Positions 27,801 through 42,010 of a stretch of DNA of 64,000 nucleotides are shown here, one piece after another. The DNA lies in NCBI GenBank assembly GCA_965655095.1, contig OZ296656.1:38812001-38876000 (forward strand). The letters are read 5' to 3'. The translations under genes were made by a program, and so were the position numbers. The notes below the pieces were generated by a model. The model was not told the DNA's origin. It did not search any database and saw only the letters and a list, made by a program, of their open reading frames with translations. Each line of letters starts with the position of its first letter. Position 1 is the stretch's first letter. Source of the stretch: Haplodiscus bocki. Its lineage: Eukaryota.

Positions 27801-30024
27801 TTGGTATTATAGTTGGAACGTATAGCTGTAAATTATATATTGTCATTTCAGTTGGGTCGGATGTCGTCCTTTGTGAATTTTTTTTCAGATCGTTTTTTTT
27901 TAAAACTCGAAACAATTCCTGATCATTTACTTATTTTTTAATATGTTTTGCAGAGCCATAAATTGTTTTTCAAGAGTATGTTCTCTAACTCTTCTTCCCT
28001 CAATACTTTCTATGGTATGAGTTTTGAATAAAATTTTCCAGAGGAAGTCCTTAGATTTTGCGCGTTGTGCCCAATTCTGCTAGAATCAAACGCTGATCGT
28101 TCTGAGTCTGGGTTGCCTTTTTGGCAGCCAATAATGTGGTTGTTGTTATGCATTGAAGGCTTCAAAACCGTTATGTATACCCCGGTCTCTGGAGTTTAAT
28201 AAACCTGTACAAGTAGATATAAGACCAACAAGTTTTTTTATTTTGTTAACTACCCAACTAATACGTGAGTCGATGGTTTTTTGAAACGGAGAGCGAACTC
28301 AATTTTGATAAGTCCTATGGTGGAGTTGTTATCGAAATTTGAGACATCATCACGTCTAACATTTACATCGAAATAGAAATGGGCGTTCGCGGTTTGCTTA
28401 AATTAATGTTTTCACCAAATAGACTTTCCAGACTCTGAATGTCTCCATTTAAATCAACTCATCTCTGATGATTTTTCTTTGCAAAGTGTCTTTTCAGAAA
28501 TCTATTGTTCTTGTTAAATTCATTAGTCAATGTGTTGGTTAGCCTGAAGTGTTCTATGCTCCTTAAGAGCTTTTTATTTATCGTCATAGTTTTTCAAAAA
28601 ACAGCATGAATAGTTCAATTGTGTAGTTATAGCAGAACATTGACCTTGAGAGCTGGTTTGAAAGTTGTTTGTTGGGAGAGTCTCCGAGTGAATCAAATTA
28701 CAAAGTTTTTTACATCCTATGAAAAAAATTGTCGAACGAGTTCCACCACGTCACCGATCATCAACAACAACTATACCCTTTTTTGGAGATTGTTCTGCGG
28801 CCTGAGAAAAGTAAAGACCCTTGATAAAAGAGTATTTCAGATATTTTACTCGGTTTTTAAATACAATGATTTCATCTTATTCAGATTGTGTTTCTGCGTT
28901 TGTCGTTGATTTATCTTTTAAACTGAGTTTATACAAAAAAAATTATGTTCACCTTAAAGTAAGGCATTTAAGGAATGTAAATTTGTCACAAGTTGCGTAG
29001 CAACTAGATAAATCACACTCAGACTTCATTTGGAACCCTTCAAGTTTTACGACTCTAAGATCGGTTTTCTGATTTCCCTGTGGTATCAGCTCAAATTTTC
29101 TAAGTTTGAAATGTGTTGAAGTAAATCGAATCCTAAATGGATCTTTTTTAATTTTTTCAAGAAATTGATACTTTGCAGGATTAATGATGGAAATCCTAAA
29201 TCTCTAAATTGATAAATGTTTTTGGTTTCCACACCCGTGGAATCAACAAAACGTTTTGAAACAGCTTCTCCAATTCCTTTTTGATAGAACACTTTCAGAT
29301 CTCTGTAATGGTTTGAAAAAATGTTCTCCGGACATTCAGTTCTTATTTCATCCTTAGGACAACGACGATTATCAGTTTGTTCAAAGAAAGTTTCTGACAA
29401 TCGTACTATCAAACATAACGTTATCAATCTTATTCTCAACAACTGGTTTATCTCGGTTGATTGTATGATGTGCTTTGATTATTTTTATTGGACTGTTAAC
29501 AATTCTTTTGGACCTGTTTATGCTTGGAAAGCTAAATCGGGCTGCGTGCTTTTTCTGATCGCTGTACTTGAATCAAACGATAAAACGAAGAAGGCCCTAT
29601 TGGATTCTTTATAGTCAAATTGTGGCTCTTCGTCTGGTATAATAGTTGGAACGTGTAGTTGTAAAATATATACTGTCATTTTAGTTGGGTAGGATGTCGT
29701 CCTATTTGAAACTCTATTTAGATCGTTGGTTCTAAAACTCGAAATCTTTCCTGATCTTTTAATTATTTTTAATATGTTTTGCAGAGCCATAATTTGTTTT
29801 TCAAGAAGATGTTCTCTAACTATTCTTCCCTCAATACTTTCTATGGTATGAGTTTTGAATATTTTTTTCCGGAGGAAGTCCTTAGAATTTGCGTGTTGTG
29901 CTCATTTCTGCTAGAATCAAACGCTGATCGTTCTGAGTCTGGGTTGCCTTTTTGGCAGCCAATAAGGTGGTTGTTGTTATCCATCGAAGGTTTCAAAACT
30001 GTTTTGTAAACCCCGTTCTCTGGA
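9861..30024. repeat. Higher-order repeat: 5-monomer block (~9861-19025) followed by a 6-monomer copy (~19026-30024)
   Basis: Near-identical ORF pairs at offset 9164-9165 (10287/19452, 10715/19880, 12120/21284, 12677/21841) and at offset 10999 (15531/26530, 16686/27685, 17620/28619, 18087/29086, 18519/29518). Confidence 0.9.
18046..19420 (-). pseudogene. Major-capsid-protein-like pseudogene, copy with well-preserved middle and C-terminal fragments
   Basis: Fragments 19196..19420, 18519..18791 (LQLHVPTIIPDEEPQFDYKESNRAFFVLSFDSSTAIRK...LAFQA) and 18087..18443 (FFEQTDKRRCPKD...YRDLKVFYQKGIGE...QFRDLGFP) lie in order. The motifs L-x-VP, NSP..I.AH.T..R, FD, R(Y/C)P and Y..L..FY resemble Maverick MCP conserved blocks as I recall them. 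Confidence 0.65.
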
Positions 30025-33000
30025 GTTTAATACACCTGTAGAAGTAGAAATAGGACCAACAAGTTCTTTCTTTTCTGTTAACGACCCAACTATTAAGTAA
30101 GTCGATGGTCTTTTGAAACGGAGAGCGAACTCAATTTTAATAAGTCCTATGGTGGAGTTGTTATCGAAATTTGAGACATAATCACGTCTAACCTTTACAT
30201 CGAAACAGAAATGGGTGTTCGCGGTTTGCCTAAATTAATGTTTTCACCAAATAGACTTTCAAGACTCTGATTGTCCCCATTTAAATCAACTCCTCTCTGA
30301 TGATTTTTCTTTGCAAATTGTCTTTTCAGAAATCTATTGTTCTTGTTTAATTCATTAGTCAATGTTTTCGTTAGCCTGAAGTCTTCTATGCTCCTTAAGA
30401 GATTTTTATTTGTCGTCATAACTTTTCAGAAAACAGCATGAATAGTTCAATTGTGTAGTTATAGCAGAACATTGACTTTCAGAGCTGGTTTGAAAGTCGT
30501 TTGTTGGGAGAGTTTCCAAGTGAATCAAAATACAAAGTTTTTTTACATCCTATGAAAAAAATTGTCCAACGAGTTCCACCACGTCACCGATCATCAACAA
30601 CAACTATACTCTTTTTTGGAGATTGTTCTGCGGCCTGAGAAAAGTAAAGACCCTTGATAAAAGAGTATTTCAGATTTTTTCCTCGGTTTTTAAATACAAT
30701 GGTTTCATGATATTTAGATTGTATTTTTGCGTTTGTCATTGATTTATCTTTTAAACTGAGTTTATTCAAAAATTTATGTTCACTTTAAAGTGAGGCATTT
30801 AGGGAATGTAAATTTGTCACAAGTTGCGTAGCAACTAGATAAATCACACTAAGACTTCATTTGGAACCCTTCGAGTTTTACGACTCTAAGATCGGTTTTC
30901 TGATTTCCATGTGGTATCAGCTCAAATTTTCTAAGTTTGGAATGTGTTGAAGTAAATCAAATCCTAAATGGATCTATTTTAATTTTTCAAGAAATTGATA
31001 CTTCGCAGGATTAATGATGGAAATCCTAAATCTTTAAATTGATGAATGTTTTTGGTTTCCACACCCGTGGAATCAACAAAATGTTTTGAAACAGCTTCTC
31101 CAATTCCTCTTTGATAGAACAGTTTCAGATCTCTGTAATGGTTTGAAAAAATGTTCTCCGGACATTCAGTTCCTATTTCATCCTTAGGACAACGACGTTA
31201 ATCAGTTTGTACAAAGAAAGTTCCTGACAATCGTACTATCAAACATAACGTTATCAATTTTATTCTCAACAACTGGTTTATCTCGGTTGATTGTTTGATG
31301 TGTTTGATTATTTTTTTGGACTGTTAACAATTCTTTTGGACCTGTTTATGTTTGGAAAGCTAAATCGGGCTGCGTGCTTTTTCTGATCGCTGTACTTGAA
31401 TCAAGCGATAAAACGAAGAAGGCCCTATTGGATTCTTTATAGTCAAATTGTGGCTCTCTGTTTGGTATTATAGTTGGAACGTATAGCTGTAAATTATATA
31501 TTGTCATTTCAGTTGGGTCGGATGTCGTCCTTTGTGAATTTTTTTTCAGATCGTTTTTTTTTAAAACTCGAAATAATTCCTGATCATTTACTTATTTTTT
31601 GATATGCTTTGCAGAGCCATAACTTGTTTTTCAAGAGTATGTTCTCTAACTATTCTTCCCTCAATACTTTCTATGGTATGAGTTTTGATTATTTTTTTCC
31701 GGAGGAAGTCCTTAGAATTTGCGCGTTGTGTTCATTTCTGCTAGAATCAAACGCTGATCGTTCTGAGTCTGGGTTGCTTTTTTGGCAGCCAATAAGGTGG
31801 TTGTTGTTATCTATCGAAGGTTTCAAAACTGTTTTGTAAACCCCGTTCTCTGGAGTTTAATACACCTGTAGAGGTAGAAATAAGACCAACAAGTTCTTTT
31901 TTTTCTGTTAACGACCCAACTATTAAGTAAGTCGATGGTCTTTTGAAACGGAGAGCTAACTCAATTTTAATAAGTCCTATGGTGGAGTTGTTATCGAAAT
32001 TTGAGACATAATCACGTCTAACCTTTACATCGAAACAGAAATGGGTGTTCGCGGTTTGCCTAAATTAATGTTTTCACCAAATAGACTTTCAAGACTCTGA
32101 TTGTCCCCATTTAAATCAACTCCTCTCTGATGATTTTTCTTAGCAAAATGTCTTTTCAGAAATCTATTGTTCTTGTTTAATTCATTAGTCAATGTTTTCG
32201 TTAGCCTGAAGTCTTCTTAAGAGATTTTTATTTGTCGTCATAACTTTTCAGAAAACAGCATGAATAGTTCAATTGTGTAGTTATAGCAGAACATTGACTT
32301 TCAGAGCTGGTTTGAAAGTCGTTTGTTGGGAGAGTTTCCAAGTGAATCAAAATACAAAGTTTTTTTACATCCTATGAAAAAAATTGTCCAACGAGTTCCA
32401 CCACGTCACCGATCATCAACAACAACTATACTCTTTTTTTGGAGATTGTTCTGCGGCCTGAGAAAAGTAAAGACCCTTGATAAAAGAGTACTTCAGATTT
32501 TTTCCTCGGTTTTTAAATACAATGATTTCATGATATTTAGATTGTATTTTTGCGTTTGTCATTGATTTATCTTTTAAACTGAGTTTACTCAAAAATTTAT
32601 GTTCACCTTAAAGTGAGGCATTTAGGGAATGTAAATTTGTCACAAGTTGCGTAGCAACTAGATAAATCACACTAAGACTTCATTTGGAACCCTTCAAGTT
32701 TTACGACTCTAAGATCGGTTTTCTGATTTCCATGTGGTATCAGCTCAAATTTTCTAAGTTTGGAATGTGTTGAAGTAAATCAAATCCTAAATGGATCTAT
32801 TTTAATTTTTTCAAGAAATTGATACTTCGCAGGATTAATGATGGAAATCCTAAATCTCTAAATTGATAAATGTTTTTGGTTTCCACACCCGTGGAATCAA
32901 CAAAATGTTTTGAAACAGCTTCTCCAATTCCTCTTTGATAGAACAGTTTCAGATCTCTGTAATGGCTTGAAAAATTGTTCTCCGGACATTCAGTTCCTAT

Positions 33001-36000
33001 TTCATCCTTAGGACAACGACGTTAATCAGTTTGTACAAAGAAAGTTTCTGACAATCGTACTATCAAACATAACGTTATCAATTTTATTCTCAACAACTGG
33101 TTTATCTCGGTTGATTGTTTGATGTGTTTGATTATTTTTTTGGACTGTTAGCAATTCTTTTGGACCTGTTTATGCTTGGAAAGCTAAATCGGGCTGCGTG
33201 CTTCTTCTAATCGTTGTACTTGAATCAAGCGATAAAACGAAGAAGGCCCTATTGGATTCTTTATAGTCAAATTGTGGCTCTCCGTTTGGTATTATAGTTG
33301 GAACGTATAGTTGTAAATTATATATTGTCATTTCAGTTGGGTCGGATGTCGTCCTTTATGAATTTTTTTTCAGATCGTTTTTTTTAAAACTCGAAATAAT
33401 TCCTGACCATTTACTTATTTTTTAAGTTGTTTTGCAGAGCCATAAATTGTTTTTCAAGATATGTTCTCTAACTCTTCTTCCCTCAATACTTTCTATGGTA
33501 TGAGTTTTGAATATTATTTTCCAGAGGAAGTCCTTAGATTTTGCGCGTTGTGCCCATTTCTGCTAGAATCAAACGCTGATCGTTCTGAGTCTGGGTTGCC
33601 TTTTTGGCAGCCAATAAGGTGGTTGTTGTTATTCATTGAAGGCTTCAAAACCATTTTGTAAACCCCGGTCTCTGGAGCTTAATACACGCGTAAAAGTAGA
33701 AATAAGACCAACAATTTCTTTGTATTCTGTTAACGACCCAACTATTAAGTAAGTCGATGGTCTTCTGAAACGGAGAGCGAACTCAATTTTGATAAGTCCT
33801 ATGATGGAGTTGTTATCGAAATTTGAGACATCATCACGTCTAACATTTATATGGAAAAAGAAATGGGCGTTCGCGGTTTGAATAAATTAATGTTTTCGCC
33901 AAATAGACTTTCAAGACTCTGAATGTCTCCATTTAAATCAACTCCTCTCTGATGATTTTTCTTTGCAAAGTGTCTTTTCAGAAATCGATTGTTCTTGTTT
34001 AAATCATTAGTCAATGTGTTAGTTAGCTTGAAGTCTTCTATGCTCCTTAAGAGATTTTTATTTATCGTCATAACTTTTCAAAAAACAGCATGAATAGTTC
34101 AATTGCGTGGTTATAGCAGAACATTGACTTTCAGAGCTGGTTTGAAAGTCGTTTGTCGGGAGAGTTTCCAAGTGAATCAAAATACAAAGTTTTTTTTTAC
34201 ATCCTATGAAAAAAATTGTCCAACGATTTTCACCACGTTACCGATCATCAACAACAACTATACTTTTTTTGGAGATTGTTCTGCGGCCTGAGAAAAGTAA
34301 AGACCCTTGATAAAAGAGTATTTCAGATTTTTTCCTCGGTTTTTAAATACAATGATTTCATGATATTTAGATTGTATTTTTGCGTTTGTCATTGATTTAT
34401 CTTTTAAACTGAGTTTATTCAAATAAAATTCTTTTCACCTTAAAGTAAGGCTTTTAGGGAATGTAAATTTGTCACAAGTTGCGTAGCAACTAGATAAATC
34501 ACACTCAGACTTCATTTGGAACCCTTCAAGTTTTACGACTCCAAGATCGGTTTTCTGATTTCCATGTGGTATCAGCTCAAAATTTCTAAGTTTGAAATGT
34601 GTTGAAGTAAATCAAATCCTCAATGGATGTATTTTAATTTTTTCAAGAAATTGATACTTCGCAGGATTAATGATGGAAATCCTACATCTCTAAATTGATA
34701 AATGTTTTTGGTTTCCACACCCGTGGAATCAACAAAATGTTTTGAAACAGCTTCTCCAATTCCTCTTTGATAGAACATTTTCAGATCTCTGTAATGGTTT
34801 GAAAAATTGTTCTCCGGACATTCAGTTCCTATTTCATCCTTAGGACAACGACGTTAATCAGTTTGTACAAAGAAAGTTTCTGACAATCGTACTATCAAAC
34901 ATAACGTTATCAATCTTATTCTCAACAACTGGTTTATCTCGGTTGATTGTATTATGTGCTTTGATTATTTTTATTGGACTGTTAACAATTCTTTTGGACC
35001 TGTTTATGCTTGGAAAGCTAAATCGGGCTGCGTGCTTTTTCTAATCGTTGTACTTGAATTAAACGATAAAACGGCGGAGGCTCTATTGGATTCTTTATAG
35101 TCAATTTTTGGCTCTCCATTTGGTGTAATAGTTGGAACGTATAGTTGTAAATTATATATTGTCATTTCAGTAGGGTCGGATGTCGTCCTTTATGAATTTT
35201 TTTCAGATCGTTTTTTTTTAAAACTTGAAATAATTCCTGATCATTTACTTATTTTTTAATATGTGTTGCAGAGCCATAAAATGTTTGTCAAGAGTATGTT
35301 CTCCAACCCTTCTTCCCTCAATACTTTCTATTGTATGAGTTTTGAATAATATTTTCCAGAGGAAGTCCTTAGATTTTGCCCGTTGTGCCCATTTCTGCTA
35401 GAATCAAACGCTGATCGTTCTGAGTCTGGGTTGCCTTTTTGGCAGCCAATGAGGTAGTTGTTGTTATCCATTGAAGGTTTCAAAACCGTTTTGTAAACCC
35501 CGGTCTCTGGAGTTTAATAAACCTGTACAAGTAGAAATAAGACCAACAATTTCTTTGTATTCTGTTAACGACCCAACTATTAAGTAAGTCGATGGTCTTC
35601 TGAAACGGAGAGCGAACTCAATTTTGATAAGTCCTATGATGGAGTTGTTATCGAAATTTGAGACATCATCACGTCTAACATTTATATGGAAAAAGAAATG
35701 GGCGTTCGCGGTTTGAATAAATTAATGTTTTCGCCAAATAGACTTTCAAGACTCTGAATGTCTCCATTTAAATCAACTCCTCTCTGATGATTTTTCTTTG
35801 CAAAGTGTCTTTTCAGAAATCGATTGTTCTTGTTTAATTCATTAGTCAATGTGTTAGTTAGCTTGAAGTCTTCTATGCTCCTTAAGAGATTTTTATTTAT
35901 CGTCATAACTTTTCAAAAAACAGCATGAATAGTTCAATTGTGTAGTTATAGCAGAACATTGACTTTCAGAGCTGGTTTCAAAGTCGTTTGTTGGGAGAGT

Positions 36001-37343
36001 TTCCAAGTGAATCAAAATACAAAGTTTTTTACATCCTATGAAAAAATTTGTCCAACGATTTTCACCACGTTACCGATCATCAACAACAACTATACTTTTT
36101 TTGGAGATTGTTCTGCGGCCTGAGAAAAGTAAAGACCCTTGATAAAAGAGTATTTCAGATTTTTTCCTGGGTTTTTAAATACAATGATTTCATGATATTT
36201 AGATTGTATTTTTGCGTTTGTCATTGATTTATCTTTTAAACTGAGTTTCTTCAAATAAAATTATTTTCACCTTAAAGTAAGGCATTTAGGGAATGTAAAT
36301 TTGTCACAAGTTGCGTAGCAACTAGATAAATCACACTCAGACTTCATTTGGAACCTTTCAAGTTTTACGACTACAAGATCGGTTTTCTGATTTCCGTGTG
36401 GTATCAGCTCAAATTTTCTAAGTTTGAAATGTGTTGAAGTAAATCAAATCCTTAATGGATGTATTTTAATTTTTTCAAGAAATTGATACTTCGCAGGATT
36501 AATGATGGAAATCCTAAATCTCTAAATTGATAAATGTTTTTGGTTTCCACAACCGTGGAATCAACAAAATGTTTTGAAACAGCTTCTCCAATTCCTTTTT
36601 GATAGAACATTTTCAGATCTCTGTAATGGTTTGAAAAATTGTTCTCCGGACATTCAGTTCCTATTTCATCCTAAGGACAACGACGTTAATCAGTTTGTAC
36701 AAAGAAAGTTTCTGACAATCGTACTATCAAACATAACGTTATCAATCTTATTCTCAACAACTGGTTTATCTCGGTTGATTGTATTATGTGCTTTGATTAT
36801 TTTCATTGGACTGTTAACAATTCTTTTGGACCTGTTTATGCTTGGAAAGCTAAATCGGGCTGCATGCTTTTTCTAATCGTTGTACTTGAATTAAACGATA
36901 AAACGACGGAGGCTCTATTGGATTCTTTATAGTCAATTCTTGGCTCTCCATTTGGTGTAATAGTTGGAACGTATAGTTGTAAATTATATATTGTCATTTC
37001 AGTTGGGTCGGATGTCGTCCTTTATGAATTTTTTTTCAGATCGTTTTTTTTAAAACTTGAAATAATTCCTGATCATTTACTTATTTTTTAATATGTGTTG
37101 CAGAGCCATAAAATGTTTTTCAAGAGTATGTTCTCCAACCGTTCTTCCCTCAATACTTTCTATTGTATGAGTTTTGAATATTATTTTCCAGAGGAAGTCC
37201 TTAGATTTTGCGCGTTGTGCCCATTTCTGCTAGAATCAAACGCTGATCGTTCTGAGTCTGGGTTGCCTTTTTGGCAGCCAATGAGGTAGTTGTTGTTATC
37301 CATTGAAGGTTTCACAACCATTTTGTAAACCCCGGTCTCTGGA
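30025..37343. repeat. Two successive pairs of closely related monomers (30025/31855 and 33677/35512)
   Basis: Private variants are shared within each pair: 'caaaaatttatgttcac' and 'aagtgaggc' in the first, and 'tttatatggaaaaagaaatg' and 'caacgattttcaccacgttacc' in the second. ORFs 33847 and 35682 are nearly identical. Confidence 0.8.
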
Positions 37344-40300
37344 GCTTAATACACGCGTAAAAGTAGAAATAAGACCAACAAGTTCTTTTCATTCTGTTAA
37401 CGACCCAACCATTAAGTAAGTCGATGGTTTTTTGAAACGGAAAGGGCACTCAATTTTGATTTGTCCTATGGTGGAGTTTTTATCGAAATTTGAGACATCA
37501 TCACGTCTAACAGTTACATTGAAATAGAAATGTGCGTTCGCGGTTTGCTTAGGGTTAATGTTTTCACCAAATAGACTTTCAAGACTCTGAATGTCTCCAT
37601 TTCAATCAACTCCTCTCTGAAGATTTATCTTTGCAAAGTGTCTTTTCAGAAATCTATTGTTCTTGGTTAACTCATTAGTCAATGTGTTGGTTAGTCTGAG
37701 GTATTCTATGCTCCTTTAGAGAGCCTAAAAGCTAACCCGGGCTCTGAAGGACACCTTAAGAAGGGCTGCAGCTCAGGGAGCGATAACTTTAAAACAAAGA
37801 CAACACAATTTTATCTGAAAATTCATTAAGCGTCATACCTTACAAAAAGACAGCATGAAGTGTTCAATAGTGTAATTATAGCAGAACATTGAACTTGAGA
37901 GCTGGTTTGAAAGTCGTTTGTTGGGAGAGTCTCCGAGTGAATCAAATGACAAAGTTTTTTACATCCTATGGAAAAAAATTGTCCAACGAGTTCCACGCCG
38001 TCATCGATCATCAACAACAACTATAATCTTTTTTGGAGATTGTTCCGCGACCTGAGAAAAGTAAAGACCCTTGATAGAAGAGTATTTCAGATTCATTTCT
38101 CGGTTTTTAAATACAGTGATTTCATGAAATTTCTATTGTATTTCTGCGTTTGTCATTAATATACCTTTCAACATGATTCTAGCAAAAACTCTTTTATGTT
38201 CACCATAAATTAAGGCATTTAGGGAATGTAAAGTTGTCCCAAGTTGCGTAGCAATTAGGTAAATCACACTCAAACTTCTTTTGGAACTCTCGAAGTTTTA
38301 CTACTTTAAGTTCGGTTTTCTGATTTCCATGTGGTATCATCTCAGAATTTCCATGTTTAAAAGGTGTTGAAGTAAATCGAACAATAAATGGATCGTTTTT
38401 AACTTTTTCAAGAAATTCATCCTTCACAGGACTAATAATGGAAATCCAAAAGCTATGAATTGACAAATGATTTTGGTTTTCACACCCGCGGAATCAACAA
38501 AACGTTTGAAAAGTGCTTCTCCAATTCCTTTTTGATAGAACAGTTTCAGATCTCTGTACTGGTTTGAAATTTTGTTCTTCGGTTATACAGTTCCATTTTC
38601 ATTCTTGGGACATCGACGTTCATCAGTTGGTACAAAGAAAGGTTCTGACAATCGTACTATCAAACATAACGTCATCAATCGTATTCTCAACAACTGGTTT
38701 ATCTCGGTTGATTGTTTGATGTTCTTTGATTAAGTTTAGTGGACTGTTAACAATTTTTTTGGACCTATTTGTGCTTGGAAAGCTAAAACAGGCTGCACTC
38801 TTTTTCTAATCGTTGTATTTGAATTAAACGATAAAACGACGGAGGCTCTATTGGATTCTTTATAGTCAATTTTTGGCTCCCCATTTGGTGTAATAGTTGG
38901 AACGTATAGTTGTAAAATAAATATTGTCATTTCAGTTGGGTCGGATGTCGTCCTTTATGAATTTTTTTTCAGATCGTTTTTTTTTAAAACTAGAAATAAT
39001 TCCTGATCATTTACTTATTTTTTAATATGTTTTGCAGAGCCATAAATTGTTTTCCAAGAGTATGTTCTCCTACTCTTCTTCCCTCAATAGTTTCTTTGGT
39101 ATGAGTTTTCAATATTATTTCCCAGAGGAAGTCCTTAGAGTTGGCGCGTTGTGCCCATTTCTGCTAGAATCAAACGCCGATCGTTCTGAGTCTGGGTTGC
39201 GTTTTTGGCAGCCAATAAGGTGGTTGTTTTTATCCATTGAAGGTTTCAAAACCGTTTTGTAAACCCCGGTCTCTGGAGTTTAATAAACCTGTACAAGTAG
39301 AAATAAGACCAACAAGTTCTTTTTATTTTGTTAACTACCCAACTAATAAGTGAGTCGATGGTTTTTTGAAACGGAGAGCGAACTCAATTTTGATAAGTCT
39401 TATGGTGGAGTTGTTATCGAAATTTGAGACATCATCACGTCTAACCTTTACATCGAAAAAGAAATGGAAGTTCGCGGTTTGCCTAAATTAATGTTTTCAC
39501 CAAATAGACTTTCAAGACTCTGAATGTCTCCATTTAAGTCAACTCCTCTCTGATGATTTTTCTTTGCAAAGTGTCTTTTCAGACATCTATTGTTCTTGTT
39601 TAATTCATTGGTCAATGTGTTAGTTAGCTTGAAGTCTTCTATGCTCCTTAGGAGATTTTTATTTATCGTCATAACTTTTCAAAAAACAGCATGAATATTT
39701 CAATTGTGTAGTTATAGCAGAACATTGACTTTCAGAGCTGGTTTGAAAGTCGTTTGTTGGGAGAGTTTCCAAGTGAATCAAAATACAAAGTTTTTTACAT
39801 CCTATGAAAAAAATTGTCGAACGAGTTCCACCACGTCACCGATCATCAACAACAACTACAATCTTTTTTGGAGATTGTTCCGCGACCTGAGAAAAGTAAA
39901 GACCCTTGATAAAAGAGTATTTCAGATTTTTTCCTCGGTTTTTAAATACAGTGTATTCATGATATTTAGATTGTATTTCTGCGTTTGTCATTGAGTTATC
40001 TTTTAAACTGAGTTTATTTAAAAAAAACTTTTTTGTTCACATTAAAGTAGGGCATTTAGGGATTGTAAAGTTGTCCCAAGTTGCGTAGCAACTAGGTAAA
40101 TCACACTCAAACTTCCTTTGGAACTCTCGAAGTTTTACTACTTTAAGTTCGGTTTTCTGATTTCCATGTGGTATCATCTCAGATTTTCCATGTTTAAAAG
40201 GTGTTGAAGTAAATCGAACAATAAATGGATCGTTTTTAACCTTTTCAAGAACTTCATCCTTCACAGGACTAATAATCGAAATCCAAAAGCTATGAATTGA

Positions 40301-41557
40301 CAAATAATTTTGGTTTTCACACCCGCGGAATCAACAAAACGTTTGAAAAGTGCTTCTCCAATTCCTTTTTGATAGAACAGTTTCAGATCTCTGTACTGGT
40401 TTGAAATTTTGTTCTTCGGTTATACAGTTCCAATTTCATTCTTGGGACATCGACGTTCATCAGTTCGTACAAAGAAAGTTTCTGACAATCGTACTATCAA
40501 ACATAACGTCATCAATCGTATTCTCAACAACTGGTTTATCTCGGTTGATTGTTTGATGTGCTTTGATTAGGTATAGTGGACTGTTATTATTTCTTTTGGA
40601 CCTAGTCATGCTTGGAAAGCTAAATCAGGCTGCGTTGTTTTTCTAATCGTTGTACTTGAATTAAACGATAAAACGACGGAGGCTCTATTAAATTCTTTAC
40701 AGTCAATTTTTGGCTCTCCATTTGGTGTAAAAGTTGGAACGTATAGTTGTAAAATATATATTGTCATTTCAGTTGGGTCGGATGTCGTCCTTTATGAATT
40801 TTTTTTCAGATCGTTTTTTTTTAAATTTCGAAATAATTCCTGATCATTTACTTTTTTTTTAATATGTTTTGCAGAGCCATAAATTGTTTTTCAAGAGTAT
40901 GTTCTCTAACTCTTCTTCCCTCAATACTTTCTATGGTATGAGTTTTGAATATTATTTTCCAGAGGAAGTCCTTAGAATTTGCGCGTTGTGCCCATTTCTG
41001 CTAGAATCAAACGCCGATCGTTCTGAGTCTGGGTTGCGTTTTTGGCAGCCAATAAGGTGGTTGTTTCTATCCATTGAAGGTTTCAAAACCGTTTTGTAAA
41101 CCCCGGTCTCTGGAGTTTAATACACGCGTAAAAGTAGAAAAAAGACCAACAAGTTCTTTTTATTTTGTTAACTACCCAACTAATAAGTGAGTCGATGGTT
41201 TTTTGAAACGGAGAGCGAACTCAATTTTGATAAGTCCTATGGTGGAGTTGTTATCGAAATTTGAGACATCATCACGTCTAACCTTTACATCGAAATAGAA
41301 ATGGGCGTTCGCGGTTTGCCTAAATTAATGTTTTCACCAAATAGACTTTCAAGACTCTGAATGTCTCCATTTAAATCAACTCCTCTCTGAAGATTTATCT
41401 TTGCAAAATGTCTTTTCAGAAATCTATTGTTCCTGATTAACTCATTAGTCATTGTGTTGGTTAGTCTGAGGTATTCTATGCTCCTTTAGAGAGCCTAAAA
41501 GCTAACCCGGGTTCTGAAGGACACCTTAAGGAGTGCTGCAGCTCAGGGAGCGATAAC

Positions 41558-42010
41558 TTTAATACAAAGACAACACACTTTTATCTGAAAATTCCTTAAT
41601 CGTCATACCTTACAGAAAAACAGCATGAAGGGTTCAATAGTGTAGTTATAGCAGAACATTGACCTTGAGAGCTGGTTTGAAAGTCGTTTGTTGGGAGAGT
41701 CTCCGAGTGAATCAAATTACAAAGTTTTTTTACATCCTCTGAATAAACTGTCCATCGAGTTCCACCACGCCATCGATCATCAACAACAACTATAATCTTT
41801 TTTGGAGATTGTTCCGCGACCTGAGAAAAGTAAAGACCCTTGATAAAAGAGTGTTTCAGATTTTTTCCTCGGTTTTTAAATACAGTGTATTCATGATATT
41901 TAGATTGTATTTCTGCGTTTGTCATTGATTTATCTTTTAAACTGAGTTTATTTAAAAAAAACTTTTATGTTCACCTTAAAGTAGGGCATTTAGGGAATGT
42001 AAAGTTGTCC
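41558..42010 (-). pseudogene. Adenain-like cysteine protease pseudogene, long-type copy (catalytic His replaced by Arg)
   Basis: ORF 41596..41925 contains MTNAEIQSKYHE...KKIIVVVDDRWRGGTRWT. An adjacent frame gives *FDSLGDSPNKRLSNQLSRSMFCYNYTIE. Confidence 0.65.
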
